Part shown: positions 37,401 through 50,527 of the stretch, piece after piece
Position numbering within the stretch: position 1 is the first letter of the stretch
Layout: each line of letters begins with the position of its first letter
Assembly (NCBI GenBank): GCA_965603825.1
Contig: CBFDEM010000051.1
Span: forward strand, 806,807 to 870,806
From: Blepharisma stoltei ATCC 30299
Taxonomy: Eukaryota > Protista > Ciliophora
DNA length: 64,000 nucleotides
Direction of reading: 5' to 3'
Made by a program: the position numbers and the translations under genes
The notes under the pieces: model-generated
The model's database searches: none
Seen by the model: the letters and a program-made list of their open reading frames with translations, nothing else
Told to the model about the DNA's origin: nothing

Positions 37401-40351
37401 TTTATTTCACTGTTTTCTACCGTCACTGTAGACTCAACTATATTGATGACCCCTCCTTCTTCTATGTAATTTTTTTTGAATTTGCAGTCAGAAATACTGT
37501 TAGTGCCTGTGGCTTCTGTATAAAGAATCGCCCCTCCTTTATAAGAGCAGGAGTTGCCTGAAAACTCACAACTTTTGAAGGTTGAACTTGAAGGGCCAGA
37601 AACAGAGACACATTTTTTTTGGTTATTCTTAAAAGAGCAACTCTCACAATATATTTCACTTTGAGAGATTTCTATGATATGCAGCTGTGTGCTTGTATGC
37701 TTCGTAAAGCTTGTCCCAGTCAACTCCACTTTACTTATGCTCTGTGCAAGAATACTTTGGTCGTTATCAACAAACTGACTATTTGTATCAACCCATTCAA
37801 TTTTATCAAGAAGAATCACAGTATTAGTGCTGTGGTTTTGAAAGATATTGGAGTCAGATAGAATTTGGCAACTTTGAATTATTGACTGAAAGTGCAGAAC
37901 CTTTCCGCCTGAATTTCCGCTGAATTCATTGTTGATTAGCTTAAGAGGCTTGCCATTGTCTTGAAAAAATCCATAAAATGCCGAGGATCCTATTCCTGCT
38001 GTGTTTCCAGTAAAGAAGCTGTCAGAAACCGTTAAATAGCCTGCATAATAAAGTGTTAAAGCCCCTGTTTTATATGAATAGTTATTAGAGAACGTTGATT
38101 TGGTAATAAATGAGGATGAATCTAAAGGAAAATTATTTTTGAAAAAAATTGCACTTCCTCCATCTGCTGAATTTCCATTGGAAAAAATGGTATTTGTTAT
38201 CATCAGAATTACAGTAGCATCTTCGTCATAATTCAAATACAAGCCTGCCCCCTTATTGGACTTACAAAAATTAAAAACAGAGTTTTCGATCTTCATTTGC
38301 GTCTTACTGTATTTATCCTGCGCTGGCTTTGCATATATGCATCCCCCATAATAATAGGATTGAGAATGGTCAATTTGCAAGTCTGAAATGACTATTCACT
38401 TGGCTTTCTGAAGGGATATGCTTGAATAGCTATATTCACTATTTGTAATAGTTGTGCTTCAAATTTCGAGATTATTAACACTTTGTATTGAAATGAGTCC
38501 TTGCGATTTATCATTTACAATATTTGAAAACCGCATTTGTGACATCTTTACACTGCCAGAATTATCACTACTTAGATATATTAAATAGTCGTCAGTAGAT
38601 GTATAGGATAGTGAATCAGCAGAAATATTTGTAAAGTTTGCTCAAGTTCATATAGAAGTTATTGAAAAGAGCTGGTATAATAATGTATCTGTTGGATTAT
38701 TTCGAGTGGATAAAGTGTCTATGGAGGCAGAGTAAAGACCTTGGATGTAGAAAAAGTAAAAAATATTGTGCTTTGGCTCAAAAATACTAAATTTACCAGT
38801 CAAGTATCCCTTTGAAATAAACTGGTTGATTACAACATCATTTACAAGGTGAAAACTCGGGTAATTTCAAGTGACAGCAATATTGAAAGCATGCAAATTT
38901 AGCAAACTTTTGCCGTAGAATAAGTTTGAGGCAAAGCAGCTTTCAATAACAAGATTGTTTAGGTTGATGAAGTCAGGATCTGCTTGAACAGTAACCCCGC
39001 TAACTGTAACACTGCCACCTGCAGCCCCATACAAGTTATAGTTGTACCAGTAATCGCTCCAAACACGAATTAAGCTGCAATGGGCAGTATCAATAACATT
39101 TCTAATAAAATAATTTGTGTCAAGTTCCACATTGGTAGAAGTAGTAGAAAAATAAATTTCAATTAGCCCATAATTAGACGCGTTTTCAGTGAAATTATTG
39201 CTTTTAAATTTTGAGTTTGCAAAGCTCATGTATCGGCCATTGCTCATGTATTTCGGATTAAGGATGTAGCTCGAATCATATAAAATATAAATGAACCGCT
39301 GAAATGAATAGTTCCACCAGAAGTTGTTATTTTCAAATATAATTTGTTCTTCACAGTTTGATATGTAAAACATTGATGGACAGTTTCCTGATAATGAATC
39401 TGCTGCAACTATCTGTGCTCCGCATAGAGCGAGATTGTATGAAAAATTTACGCTGGAAATCTTTATAGTTCCAGGGAATTTTGCTAGCAAAAAGCTCGAT
39501 TGAACAATATTATCATAATAGGTATACCCATTTCCTAGTAAAGATACAGAGCCTCCTGAATAGACAAAGCTATCAGAGCAGAGAGGAGATGAGGTGCATT
39601 GAATAGTGATAGCTCCATGCTTATTTGAATTGCTGTCATAAACTTTAATATTGTAAAAATCCACATCACTCATTAATATATGTCCCCCTGAAGAGTAAAT
39701 AATTGATTTCAGGTCCTGCCTCATATTTTGGAATTTGGTTCTAACAATAAACAGATTTGTAGATGGTCCTATGCTTATTAAGTTTACAAGTGAGTTCTCT
39801 TCTTGAGAGCTGCAGCTGCTTACATAATTATTAGAAGTAGAAGTATCATAATGATAAGCGCAGTATCCACAGTTCATTGAATTGCAAGAGCTATCCATTG
39901 CTTGCTCGCCATCAATTATGATATTTTCAAAATACATATTTGAGACATCCGAGTCCGGAAACATAAAGTTAACTGTTTGCAATTTAAGAGTTGCCAGTGT
40001 TGTACAAGGATTGCAGTTGCTAATAAATCCTACTGACAGGTCTGATATGGTATTTGTTGGAAGTACATAATCTATAACATGGGTTCCTGGGGAAAATAAA
40101 ATTTTAATATTTCCATTTGTATTGCTGTTGAAAACCTCTAAAAGCGTTTTATAAGGGTTAGATGAAGATCCGTCTCTCCCGGAATTTAAATTGTTGTAGT
40201 CAACGTAAACTGAAGTTGGGGCTGAAGATGAGCACTGCGAAGATAAGCATGAATAGGCGCACTGACCATCGCAGCTTTGAGATGGCTCGCATAGATATGG
40301 GTTACAGACTAAAGCTGATACTTGGTTCAAAATAAGTAGCAAGTATAGCAT
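34412..40351 (-). CDS. Large surface protein (~1979 aa): signal peptide, GGAI/FxxN beta-helix repeats, Cys-rich region, C-terminal multi-TM domain
   Basis: Five track ORFs form one frame through TGA codons. MLYLLLILNQVSA signal, many GGA[IV]Y and F..N repeats, CxxC clusters, KIFVNYLQ..WP and YGFLY..Y..YWEFV TM motifs. Confidence 0.85.
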
Positions 40352-40641
40352 GATTTATTAATTAATTTCCAAAATTTATGGATAAAGATAAATAATCTCT
40401 CTAAACTTTAGCGAATAGGTTTCACTTAGAGGAACTATTTTTGAAAGTTTATTTCCTTTTTGATAAGAGGATTTCGGTATGAAGCGGTTACAATTACCTT
40501 CTATTAGGATAATTTTTACTTATTATATTTTATCTCACAAGGAATTTATAAATAATAAAGATTACGCCAAGGCTTTATAGTTTTCTTATTTTTAATAATT
40601 TTATTATTTTTATTTCAAGATATGAGGATAAAGAATTTTTA

Positions 40642-41913
40642 TTAAGCTTTATATCCAGGCTTAAATGCTGTAACTCCAGTCGCAGCTCTTCCAGCAATGA
40701 GAGCACAAATATCATAGGTACCTTCATAAGTGTAAATGACTTCCATGTCTACGAGTGCTTTCATCACATAATTATCAATTAAAATTCCGTTTCCTCCCAT
40801 CAACTCTCTGCCTAGTTTAGCAGCTTCTCGCCCCACAAGTGTGCACCAGCCTTTAACTAATGAAGCTTGCGCTACATTTGCTTTTCCCTGCTTTAGTAGA
40901 TTGGTAACTCTCCAGCCCATCAAGAAAACAGCTTGATAAATAGCCAAAATCCTAACCAACTTTTCCTGGTTGAGCTGAAACGACGCCAATGGGGCTCTAA
41001 ACTGCACTCTTTCCCTAATATATTTTATTGAATTCTCATAAATCCCTGCTATTAGCCCTGCAGCAAGCCAAGCTATGTTCATTCTACTATGCTCAAGGAT
41101 CTCATTTGCGCCTGTTGCGAAAGTGTGCCCTTTTCCTAGTCTCTCATTAGCTGGGACAAAAACGTCTTTTAAGAAAATATTTCCATTCTGGACAATTCTC
41201 AGGGCAAGCTTTCTTTGGATGTTTTCGACTGATACTCCATTTGATTTGCTGTTCACTATGAAGCCTTCTACATGATTAGTTGTTATGTTCCTTGCAAAAA
41301 TGATCATAATATCAGAGAGAATGGCGTTCCCGATCCACCTTTTGACACCGTTAAGGACGTATCCTCCTTTTACTGGGGTTGCTGTTGTCTCAAGTGCCGA
41401 GGCGTCAGACCCGAAATCAGGCTCTGTTAATCCCCAGCAGCCAATCATGTCGAGGTTGCATAGTTTTGGCAGATATTTAACTTTTTGCTCTTCAGTGCCT
41501 AGTTCTTCGATTGTGTGAGCAGTGAGTGAGAACATAACCACGTAGAAAGTAGCTAAAGAACAGTCAATCCTCGCAAGTTCATAAAGAATTAAGGATTTTT
41601 CCATCAGCGATATCTTTTTGCAGCCGTATTTTTCATCGCTGAGACCTGTGATTCCAAGAGATCTGAACTTTTCCGCTAAAATTCCTGGGGATTCAGCTTT
41701 TTCGTACCATTCAGCTACAAAAGGGGCCAAATTTGTTTCTAAATTTGCTCTAAGTTGGGCTCTTCTTGAATTGATCTCTGCAGGCAACAGCTGATCTAAA
41801 TGAAGAAAAGTAATTGGATCCTGAACATAAGGAGTTACCAAGCTAGATTTTTTGAAGTTCTCGGTTAAGTTCTGCCCAAGATGTTTTGAAACCAAGTTCA
41901 ATCTCCTCGACAT
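40642..41913 (-). CDS. Peroxisomal acyl-CoA dehydrogenase/oxidase (ACX4/glutaryl-CoA DH-like)
   Basis: Motifs GCWGLTEPDFGSDA, LNGVKRWIGN, RVQF..PL..FQ, MGGNG, YTYEGT. N-terminal PTS2 RLNLVSKHL. Confidence 0.93.
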   Translation of the reverse strand: MSRRLNLVSKHLGQNLTENFKKSSLVTPYVQDPITFLHLDQLLPAEINSRRAQLRANLETNLAPFVAEWYEKAESPGILAEKFRSLGITGLSDEKYGCKKISLMEKSLILYELARIDCSLATFYVVMFSLTAHTIEELGTEEQKVKYLPKLCNLDMIGCWGLTEPDFGSDASALETTATPVKGGYVLNGVKRWIGNAILSDIMIIFARNITTNHVEGFIVNSKSNGVSVENIQRKLALRIVQNGNIFLKDVFVPANERLGKGHTFATGANEILEHSRMNIAWLAAGLIAGIYENSIKYIRERVQFRAPLASFQLNQEKLVRILAIYQAVFLMGWRVTNLLKQGKANVAQASLVKGWCTLVGREAAKLGRELMGGNGILIDNYVMKALVDMEVIYTYEGTYDICALIAGRAATGVTAFKPGYKA

Positions 41914-42584
41914 TATTTATAGGAGATAAAGATCAAAACTAAGTTTAATGTCGACATCTTGCGTCATCAAATAACTAATATTTTAATTAGCCATATTACT
42001 ATAAGGCTTATGAGCTGAAAGTTTCTGATTTCGTTTATTCCTATTAATTAAAAGATTAGACCTTAAATTTTGGGGCTAATTTGCTCATTCCATATAAAGC
42101 ATTTCATCATTATTTTCTTGATATAAAAATTTTAGTATGCTTTTTCTGTAATTTTTTACCTTTATCATAGCTCCTTTCATAGACTGCCCTGTTATCCCAA
42201 GCAACAGAACTTCCAATAGAACTAGGCAAACATAAAGAGTTGCTTTTGCTCTTGTCAAAACCTCCCAAAAATCAATTTTAATACCACTCAAATTCTTTAT
42301 GCAAAATTTGTGCTGCCTCATAAAATGATGTGTAAGATCTATTTGTGTTAGAATCCATGTCCAGCATCAAGAAAAATTACCTTATTTCTCTTATAATCCA
42401 CATATCAATAAGGAGATGTCATAATCGAATCCTAAATCCCCTTAAACTGAGATATTCGCTAATTTAGCTCAGGGTTTCTTTTAATCCCAGAAAAGCCATA
42501 ACAGAGTGTCGAGATGAGCATTTTGCTGAATAGTGGTCTCTTCACTTTAAAAACTCAACATTATCCTTTTAGCATGTTTATTTT

Positions 42585-43712
42585 TTAATTAAAATCTAAA
42601 GATAAATCCTCAAGCCAGAAGCACATCAAAATTGTATATGCGTTGTTGCCTTCCATAAATCCCTTGCCCAGCCGACTCGCTTCTTTCGCTATTAGTTTAA
42701 CTAAAAGCCCTTGAGTGACTGTCATTTGCCCTTTCATCAAGAGCTGAATGAGCTTCCATGCCATTCCTGTAAAGCCGACAAATTTTTCCTTACTCAGCTG
42801 CACGGAGGCTAAGTAAGCTGGAAGTGGGACTCTTTCCTTGATGTACTTCGCTGACCTCTGATAGAATCCAGTTGTTAAATATGAAATTTGTGAGGTCAAA
42901 ATCCTGACTGAATACTCAAGTCCGAGTTTCGTATTTGTTGCGAATTTATGAGTTTTCACTAATTTTTCTTTTTCATGAACAAAGACATTTTTCAAAATTA
43001 TATTCCCACTTTTAAGCATCTTTAAAGGCAATTTTTTATGGCCAGACATAATGGAGAGGCCAGATGATTTACTGTCCACGATAAATCCTTCTACTTGATT
43101 ATTCGTGATATTTTTTGCAAATATTATGATAATGTCTGCTAATAATGCATTTCCCAGTCACCTTTTGGTACCGTTAAGAATATAGCCATCAGCAGTAAGG
43201 GTTGCTGTCACCTCTTTGGAAATTTCTGGTTCAGTCAATCCTCAGCACCCAACTGAATTTCCGCTGCAAAGCGCTGGCAAATACTTCAGTCTTTGCTCTT
43301 CAGACCCTAATTTCTCTATGGTGTGTACTACTAAGCTGAAAGAGGCTACATAAAAGATCGCGATAGAGACATCTACTCTTGCAAGTTCATAAATAATCAG
43401 AGATTTTTCAATCTTTGAGGTTGAGTTTTCTTCACTTCATCCAATTAGCTTGAGCTCACTAATAGCAGCGATCAACGACTTAGGAAACTCTGATTTCTCA
43501 GTTCATGAAGAAACTATAGGCGAAAACTTTGCTTCAAAAATAGCGCGAAGTTCTTTTCGCCTAGCGTTAGTTTCTTTTGGAAGAAGCTTATCAAAGTAAA
43601 AGAAGTCAAACGATTCCTTTATCGTAGGGATTTTAATTCCTCATTTCTTTGACTGCTCAGGATCGTTCTTTATCCCGAGATGGTTTGCAATGAGGCCCAA
43701 CCTTTTTGCCAT
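42585..43712 (-). CDS. Truncated, divergent paralog of the acyl-CoA dehydrogenase (probably inactive or decaying)
   Basis: Open through TGA from MAKRLGLIANHL. GC-W(TGA)-GLTEP and KR-W(TGA)-LGN are kept; GSDA and the C-terminal YEGT are missing. Confidence 0.78.
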
Positions 43713-43785
43713 TGCTTTATATTCATCAACATGATAAATTTAATAAAACTTGATAAAAAATAAAGAAATTATATTAAACAGCGAT

Positions 43786-46700
43786 TTACCTGCTTCTTTT
43801 AGTCATTTCTTCCAAAATTTTCAAAATTTTGTCAACCTTTGTCCCATCAAATTTGTCAATTTTTTCTTCAATTTTCTCAATCCTTCTCTCTAGGCTGCTT
43901 ATTCTTTCATCTCCTTCCCTTTCTTTATACTGGCTTGCTTTCTCTTCCAAGCCAAATTGAATGTCTTTGATATCAAGTCCAATCTCTCTCAATGTTTTTT
44001 CGTTCTTTTTATCGAGTTCAGCAATTGACTGCTTCATCTCATTTACTTTGCTTTCAAGCTTTGTCTTCAAAATCTTGCTTTCTTCTAATCCGAACCTCTC
44101 TCTGAGCAGTTTCTCATTCTGCTTTACTATGTGCTTTAGCTTGTCAATTTTGTTGGAAAGCGACCCTAGCTTACTTTCTGCACTGATGTTTTGAAAATGG
44201 TCACATTTTTGCATGTACATCCTTTCTCCTTCATTTCGTTTCCAGAACATCATTGATTCGAATTCTATGACGTCTTGGAGCATCTCTTTAGCATCTAGCT
44301 CCATAGCAATTGCTTTGAATTTTTGGAAGGACTCTCCCAAAGTGGATATAAGCAAATTCAGCATTAAAACGACGTTTATGAGAGATGCAAAAGTAAAGCA
44401 GGAGTACTGGAAAAAGGAAAAGCCAGAGTTATCGAAGTTCCCCATGTTAAGCTCATATGATTGGCTCCAGACGTCAGATAAGCTCATTTCAGGGTCTGTC
44501 GCAGCATAAACCACCCCAAAGGCTAGTGTGGAGTATAAGAAAATGATTAAAAATGCAATTGACTCCTTTCCAGCAATAAAAATAAGTCTCACATAATATC
44601 GTGTCATATTGAAGACTCTGAAATATACAAGCCCTCTGAAAAAATTCACCAAAACTGCCAAGAACGTTAAAGGCACGAAATTCACATCTCAAAAGTCCAC
44701 AGCTCCCCAAGCAAAGCATAATGCTAGCCTAAAAATGTCAATATAATTTCACACATCATAAATATAGTCACTTCAATTTGAGTACATCTGAAAGACCTCA
44801 TAAAGCAAGAGCAGCTCATTGACCACAATAAATAGAAATGGTATGATATAGTAAGGATAAAATAAGTAAAGAATAATTAATAGCAGATTCATCCAATACA
44901 AGCAAGAGTTGCCCAAAATGGCAAATCATAACTTGTCTCATTTCATTTTTATGATCGATTGAATCCAAGGAGCTTGGAAAATTTCCAAACTAGGACACTC
45001 ATTGATTGCCTTTAAAAGCTTTAAGCTTTCGTTCGACCCCATTGTGAGATTCCAACTGAGCGGACTCACTCAAAACTGCACCAAGCTGAGCTCTCTTCCA
45101 GATTCTCAGTCTTCATTGATGAACTCATTTTTATAAAGCCGAAGAACAGGTGATAAATAAATGATAGGCAGCACAGCGTTAGGGACTGCAAACTCAACTA
45201 AATCTTTTCCTCCTGGCTTAAAAATTGCTTTGAAAAACGGCAGAATATAAGGGGATTCTAATTTCAGCATACTAGGTATATCGTCTCTTATAGAGTGGAT
45301 GCACTCGCTTAATAATTTTTGATCTGAAATCTCTGAGATATATTTGAGGATTTCATCAATGCACCTTCGAGATTTTTTTATTATAGCGTAAGACAAGGGG
45401 CTCTTGTTGTTATTGTCTCTAAATATTGGAGTGTTGATTTTTAAGGCAAGCTTCAAGTTATCAATTTGGTCAAAGAAGCAATAATAATGAAGAATATTGA
45501 TGCGGAGAGGGAAAATAGTGACTAAAGACAGCTGGCTGATATTCTTAGGATTGCTATCTAAAAGAGATTGCACAAAGTAAAAGTGTGAAAAGGGATCGTG
45601 AGATCCAGAAAGTAGCAGTTCTTGATACTCATAAATTGAAGGTGTAAATTGAGAAATATCGTATACGCGCAAATTTCTATCTCGAGAGCCTGAAATCGCG
45701 TATTTGCTATTTGTCGTCAACTGCAGGCAATTAATCTTGTTTGAGTGCCCTTCCAGGATCGCAACAAGATTTCTTTCCGCTACACTTCAGAGCCGGATAG
45801 TTTTGTCATGAGAACCAGATAAGATGTACTTGCTGTCATGAGCAATCTCCAAGCAAGTAACGCTTTTTGTATGTCCTTCAAGGACTGCAATTTCTTTCTT
45901 TTCTTTTAAACTTCACAGTCTGAGTGTGCAATCATAAGATCCTGAAGCTAAAAATTCATCATTACTACTAATTCTCACACAATTAACACTATCACTATGA
46001 CCGTCCAATTCTGCAATTTCTAAGAAATCCTCGACGCTTCAAATTCTGACTGAGTTGTCTCTTGAGCCAGAAACAATAAATTCCCCTTTGTGACTGATTT
46101 GAATTGCTCCAATAGATTGGGTATGGCCAGTTAGAGTATAAATTTCACAAAAATCTTTCAAACTCCATAAAATGATCGTCTTGTCAGCAGAAGCTGAAAC
46201 TATGATTCGTTTTTCATCAATTATTTCTAGGCAGTTTACGATGTCGCTGTGACCTTTTAATATAGAAACTTGAGATTTGGTGTCGATGCTCCATACCCTC
46301 ACTGAATAGTCGTCAGACCCAGAGACAATAAGGCTGCTGTCATTAGTAATTTTTAAGCACTCAATCCAATGGGTATGTCCTTCTAATAGAGCTACAAGTT
46401 TATAGTCTGAGGTATTCCATACCCTTATCGTTTTGTCTAAGGAACCAGAGACGATATATTTTCCATCTTTGGTAAGCTCAACACAGGTGACTTCTCTTAA
46501 ATGGCCTTCCAGTGTGTGAATCTCCTCCCCATCAATAATGTCCCATATTTTCAAGGTATTATCTCACGACCCTGAAACTATATATCTATTCCCTTCAAAA
46601 ATGCTGAAGCAGATAACTGGCTCGCGGTGACCTTCTAAAACTGAAATGTGATGCCTCTCCTCAACTAACAAGATTTGTGTAGTTCCATCTCTTGAGCCAG

Positions 46701-47811
46701 ATACAATGTAGTGGTCATCAACAAGCAGGCAGGTGATACTGTCGGAATGTCCTCTGAAAATTGACAAAAGTTTATGCTCTGTCAAACTTCAAATCGCAAT
46801 AGAATTGTCTCATGACCCAGTTATAATATATTTTTCATCAATGCTAAGACTCAAACAATGAACGCTATTAGAATGACCCTGCAAAATAGAGATTTCTTTC
46901 TCGGTCTTTATGTCTCAAATTCTTACTGTGCAATCATCAGAGCTGGAAATAATAAATTTATTGTCCTGGGTTAGACAAATGCGCAAAACTCCATGAGTGT
47001 GGCCTTCTAGGATAGAAAATTCTTTTCAGTTTTCAGTACTTCATAGACGGATCGTGCAATCATATGAGCCTGAAACAATTGTTTTAGAATCTTCCGTGAT
47101 TTTTACGCAATTTATATAATCTGTATGTCCTGAAAGAGTTGCAATGAGAGATTTACTTTTGATACTCCAAACCTTTAAAGTCCCATCTCAAGACCCTGAA
47201 ACAATATTTGAGGTGTCTTTCATTAGTTCTAAACAGTTAACCGCATTCAAATGCCCTCTTAAAATAATTTCATTTTTCCAGTCACCAAATTTTCATATCC
47301 TGATAGTTCTGTCAAAGGAGCTTGAAATAATAAATTTTCTATCATCTGTTATCTTAACACATAAAACTTCTCCTGAATGCCCATTTAAAGTTACTATCAG
47401 ACTTTGGTTAGCCAAATTTCATATCTTAACAGTATAGTCATCTGAGCCTGTTACGAGACATTGATTGTCGCTTGTAAGCTGCATGCAATTGACTCGATTT
47501 TGGTGTCCTTCAAGCAAAAATTCTCATTTATTATCTATGTTATAAGCTTTTATTTTTCCATCTTCTCTCCCTAAGAATAAAAGTCTAGAATTTGAGGTAG
47601 CGCATCTAATGCTATCATTGAGAATTATTGGTGTATTATAGTCTGGAAGAGAAAGAAGAACGCCTTTTAGAGTAAAAATAGGGTGGATTTCAGGTTTAGG
47701 GTCTTTGATAAGGAAAGCCTTTTGTCGAAAAAGAAATGGCATTGTAGATGCACGCTGAGGAGTAAGAAAATTTTGTCTTTTTTCTAATAAAGGCGTGGTC
47801 AAAAGTGACAT
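43786..47811 (-). CDS. WD40-repeat + TRP-like ion channel protein (~1341 aa)
   Basis: All track ORFs are in one frame through TGA at WD positions. About 13 GH..SGS.D..W repeats, an ankyrin-like segment, IKMKWDKLW, DYIYDVWNYID, S6-like LMLNLLISTLGESF and a coiled-coil tail. Confidence 0.83.
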
Positions 47812-48917
47812 TTAATTATAAGCATTGACGGAAAAGAAGAATTATATTTAATGATAATTTTTTAATTAATTTCATTATTTTATTTCTCTTTATATTTTAA
47901 TGATTTTGAAAGGATATAAATATGGGAAATCATACAAAATTTTTTTATGATGCTATTAGACTGACCATTTTGAAATGCTTTGATTTAAAAGCCCAAGCTA
48001 TGTTACTTAATTCATAATTGGTTAGAAAAAAACCTATTTTGGAAAACTGCTCTCTTCATTAGCCTATAAAAGTTTTGTATTATTATACCTTAAGATAAAT
48101 TAAAAATTATAACAATAAAATTTGAAGATATTAAAGAGTACTTAAGTTCCTTCTATCTAAAACATGAAATTTATAGATTAAATTAAATTTTAATTTCGAA
48201 TTTTACAAAAAGATTGATTCCACGAGCATATGCTGATAAAACCTATACTCCGATCGTTTAGGGAGCCAAGGAATGAAGAAGCCCATAAGCGTCGAGACAC
48301 TTTATATCTAATCAGATTAATATATACAGCAGAAAAATATTATTTCTCAGCAAATGAATATTTAAATAGATAAAATATAAGTCTCTAAGAATTTAGGAAA
48401 AAAAATTACTTGAAAAATTTAAATTTATGGCAGAAAAGAAAAAGGAATCTCTGCTTTCTTTTATTAATTATGTGATTATGAGAAAGATATATATTATATA
48501 TGGAAAGGGGGAATTTTCCCTCTTATTATTTTTGCATAAAGTAAAAATAAACATTAAATCACTTTTAAAAAATTGAAATCAGTTTTAGATATGACTGTTT
48601 TAATTCCAAGTTTAAATTAGATATTTCAAAAAAAGGAGGGTTAATTTTTCTAACAAAAAAAATTTGTCTTATAAAATATTTTCAAAAAATTAAAAAATTA
48701 ATGTAATATTTTAATTTTATTTTTATGAATAATTAATTTAAATATTAATCGATACAGTGTGAAAATGCTTTTGTAGAACTCTACTTAGTTTTTCAAGTGG
48801 CGCCGCTTAAATCTTAATATTATGCTTGCGTATAAATATATTTGATTATTTAGCCTGCGTCATTAAGATCAATTTCATATTACTTCCATCAGAAGAGAAT
48901 AGAAATTTCATATAAAA

Positions 48918-50255
48918 ATGAGAGAAATTGTCCACCTGCAAATAGGTAACTCTGGAAATGCCATTGGATCTGAATTTTGAAAAAGCCTCTTCAATGATCA
49001 TGGGATAGATAGAACCACAGGCCAGTATATCGATAGTTTTGATAATCAGCTTGAGAGAATTGATACTTATTTTAACGAAATATTGGGAGGGAGATATACT
49101 CCGAGAGCTATTTTTGCCGATCTCCAGCAAGAGGTAATTGATAAGTATAGAACAAACGAATATTTTGCTCACTTGGAATCCGATAATTTTCTATCAGAAA
49201 ATATAGTGTCGCGTGGCAATTATGCGCAGAAATGAGAGCACGATGAATTTAAGGACCATGTCATGGACATCGTCAGAAAAGAAGCTGAAAACAGTGAATC
49301 ATTACAAGGATTTCAGATTTTTCACGCCGCGAGCGGGACTGCTGGATCAGGACTAACTTCTCTTCTTCTAGAAAATATCAAGGATGAATACTCTGATAGA
49401 ATTATAAAAACATCTAGTATAATTCCTTATAATGAAGCAATGAATTTACTTACAGAGCCATACGATACAATATTTTTACTTAAAGATCTAATAAGCAATG
49501 CTGATGTTACAAGCGTTTTTGACATTGAAGATATTTATAACTTGTGCCTAAAGAAAATGAAGATATATAAGCCCACATGGGGAGATATAAATAATATAGT
49601 AGTCCAAGTGCTTAGCGGGGAATCTTTATCTTTCAGATTTCCTACTGACTTATGCTCAGATTTAAGAAAATTTGCATCGAATTTGGTCCCTTATCAAAAT
49701 TTGCATTTTTTAAGTAATACTATGTGGCCACTTGTTGCTCAAGGTGCATGTTTTTGCTATTGTAGTATACAATCCACTGAAATGCTGACCCAAAATTTGT
49801 TCAATAGAGAATACCATCCGCATGACCCTTATCCAAATTCTAGATTTGGCCCAATTTTGAGCGCTGTATTTACTTATTTGGGGAAAGTCGATCCAGCTGA
49901 GGCAGAAATTGAATTTTTAAAGGCCAAAGCAGAAAATAAGAGTTGCTACTCAGAGCAGATTCCTGATAATTTGAAGTATTGGATATGCAATGCATATACA
50001 TATATGACTCGCTCAGGATATTTTACTTATAATTCTGCTTTAATAGCGAATACCTTTAAAAAAGCTGTTGATCGATTTGACGATTTATACACAAGAAAAG
50101 CCTTTATATATAAATATCAGGCTGAAGGAATGGATGAGTCAGAGTTTGAAGAGGCTAAAGAGGATGCTGTCCAATTAATTTCTGAATATCAGCAGCTAAT
50201 AAATAATTCAAATTCAAATGAATATTTTTGTGCCTTTATTAAATGTGTTGTCTAG
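48918..50255 (+). CDS. Highly divergent beta-like tubulin (445 aa)
   Basis: Motifs MREIVHLQIG..GNAIGSEFW(TGA), YTPRAIFADL, VRKEAENSESLQGFQ, EPY, SFRFP..L..DLRK, RKAF..Y..EGMDE.EF.EA, SEYQQ. Confidence 0.88.
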
Positions 50256-50527
50256 CCCTTAATGAAATAGAGGTCATATTGGGATGATAGCTTTATTTAT
50301 ATTTGTTTTAGTTATTAAAAACTATAAATTGTCTGCCTTTTGATGACTTTTATAATTTAATTAATAAGAATTATACTAAATATTTTTTTTACTAGTTTTT
50401 CAAGTGACGCTACTTAAATCTTAATATAATTATTGTGAGTTAATATATTTGATTATTTAACCTCCATTATTGAAATCAATTAATTTCATATTACTTCCAG
50501 CAGAAAAGAATAGAAATTAAATAAAAA

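Noticed and set aside
42085-42560. ORF 42085-42321 as a gene
   Set aside because: Short, motif-free and surrounded by stops in all frames; at most an unidentifiable remnant.
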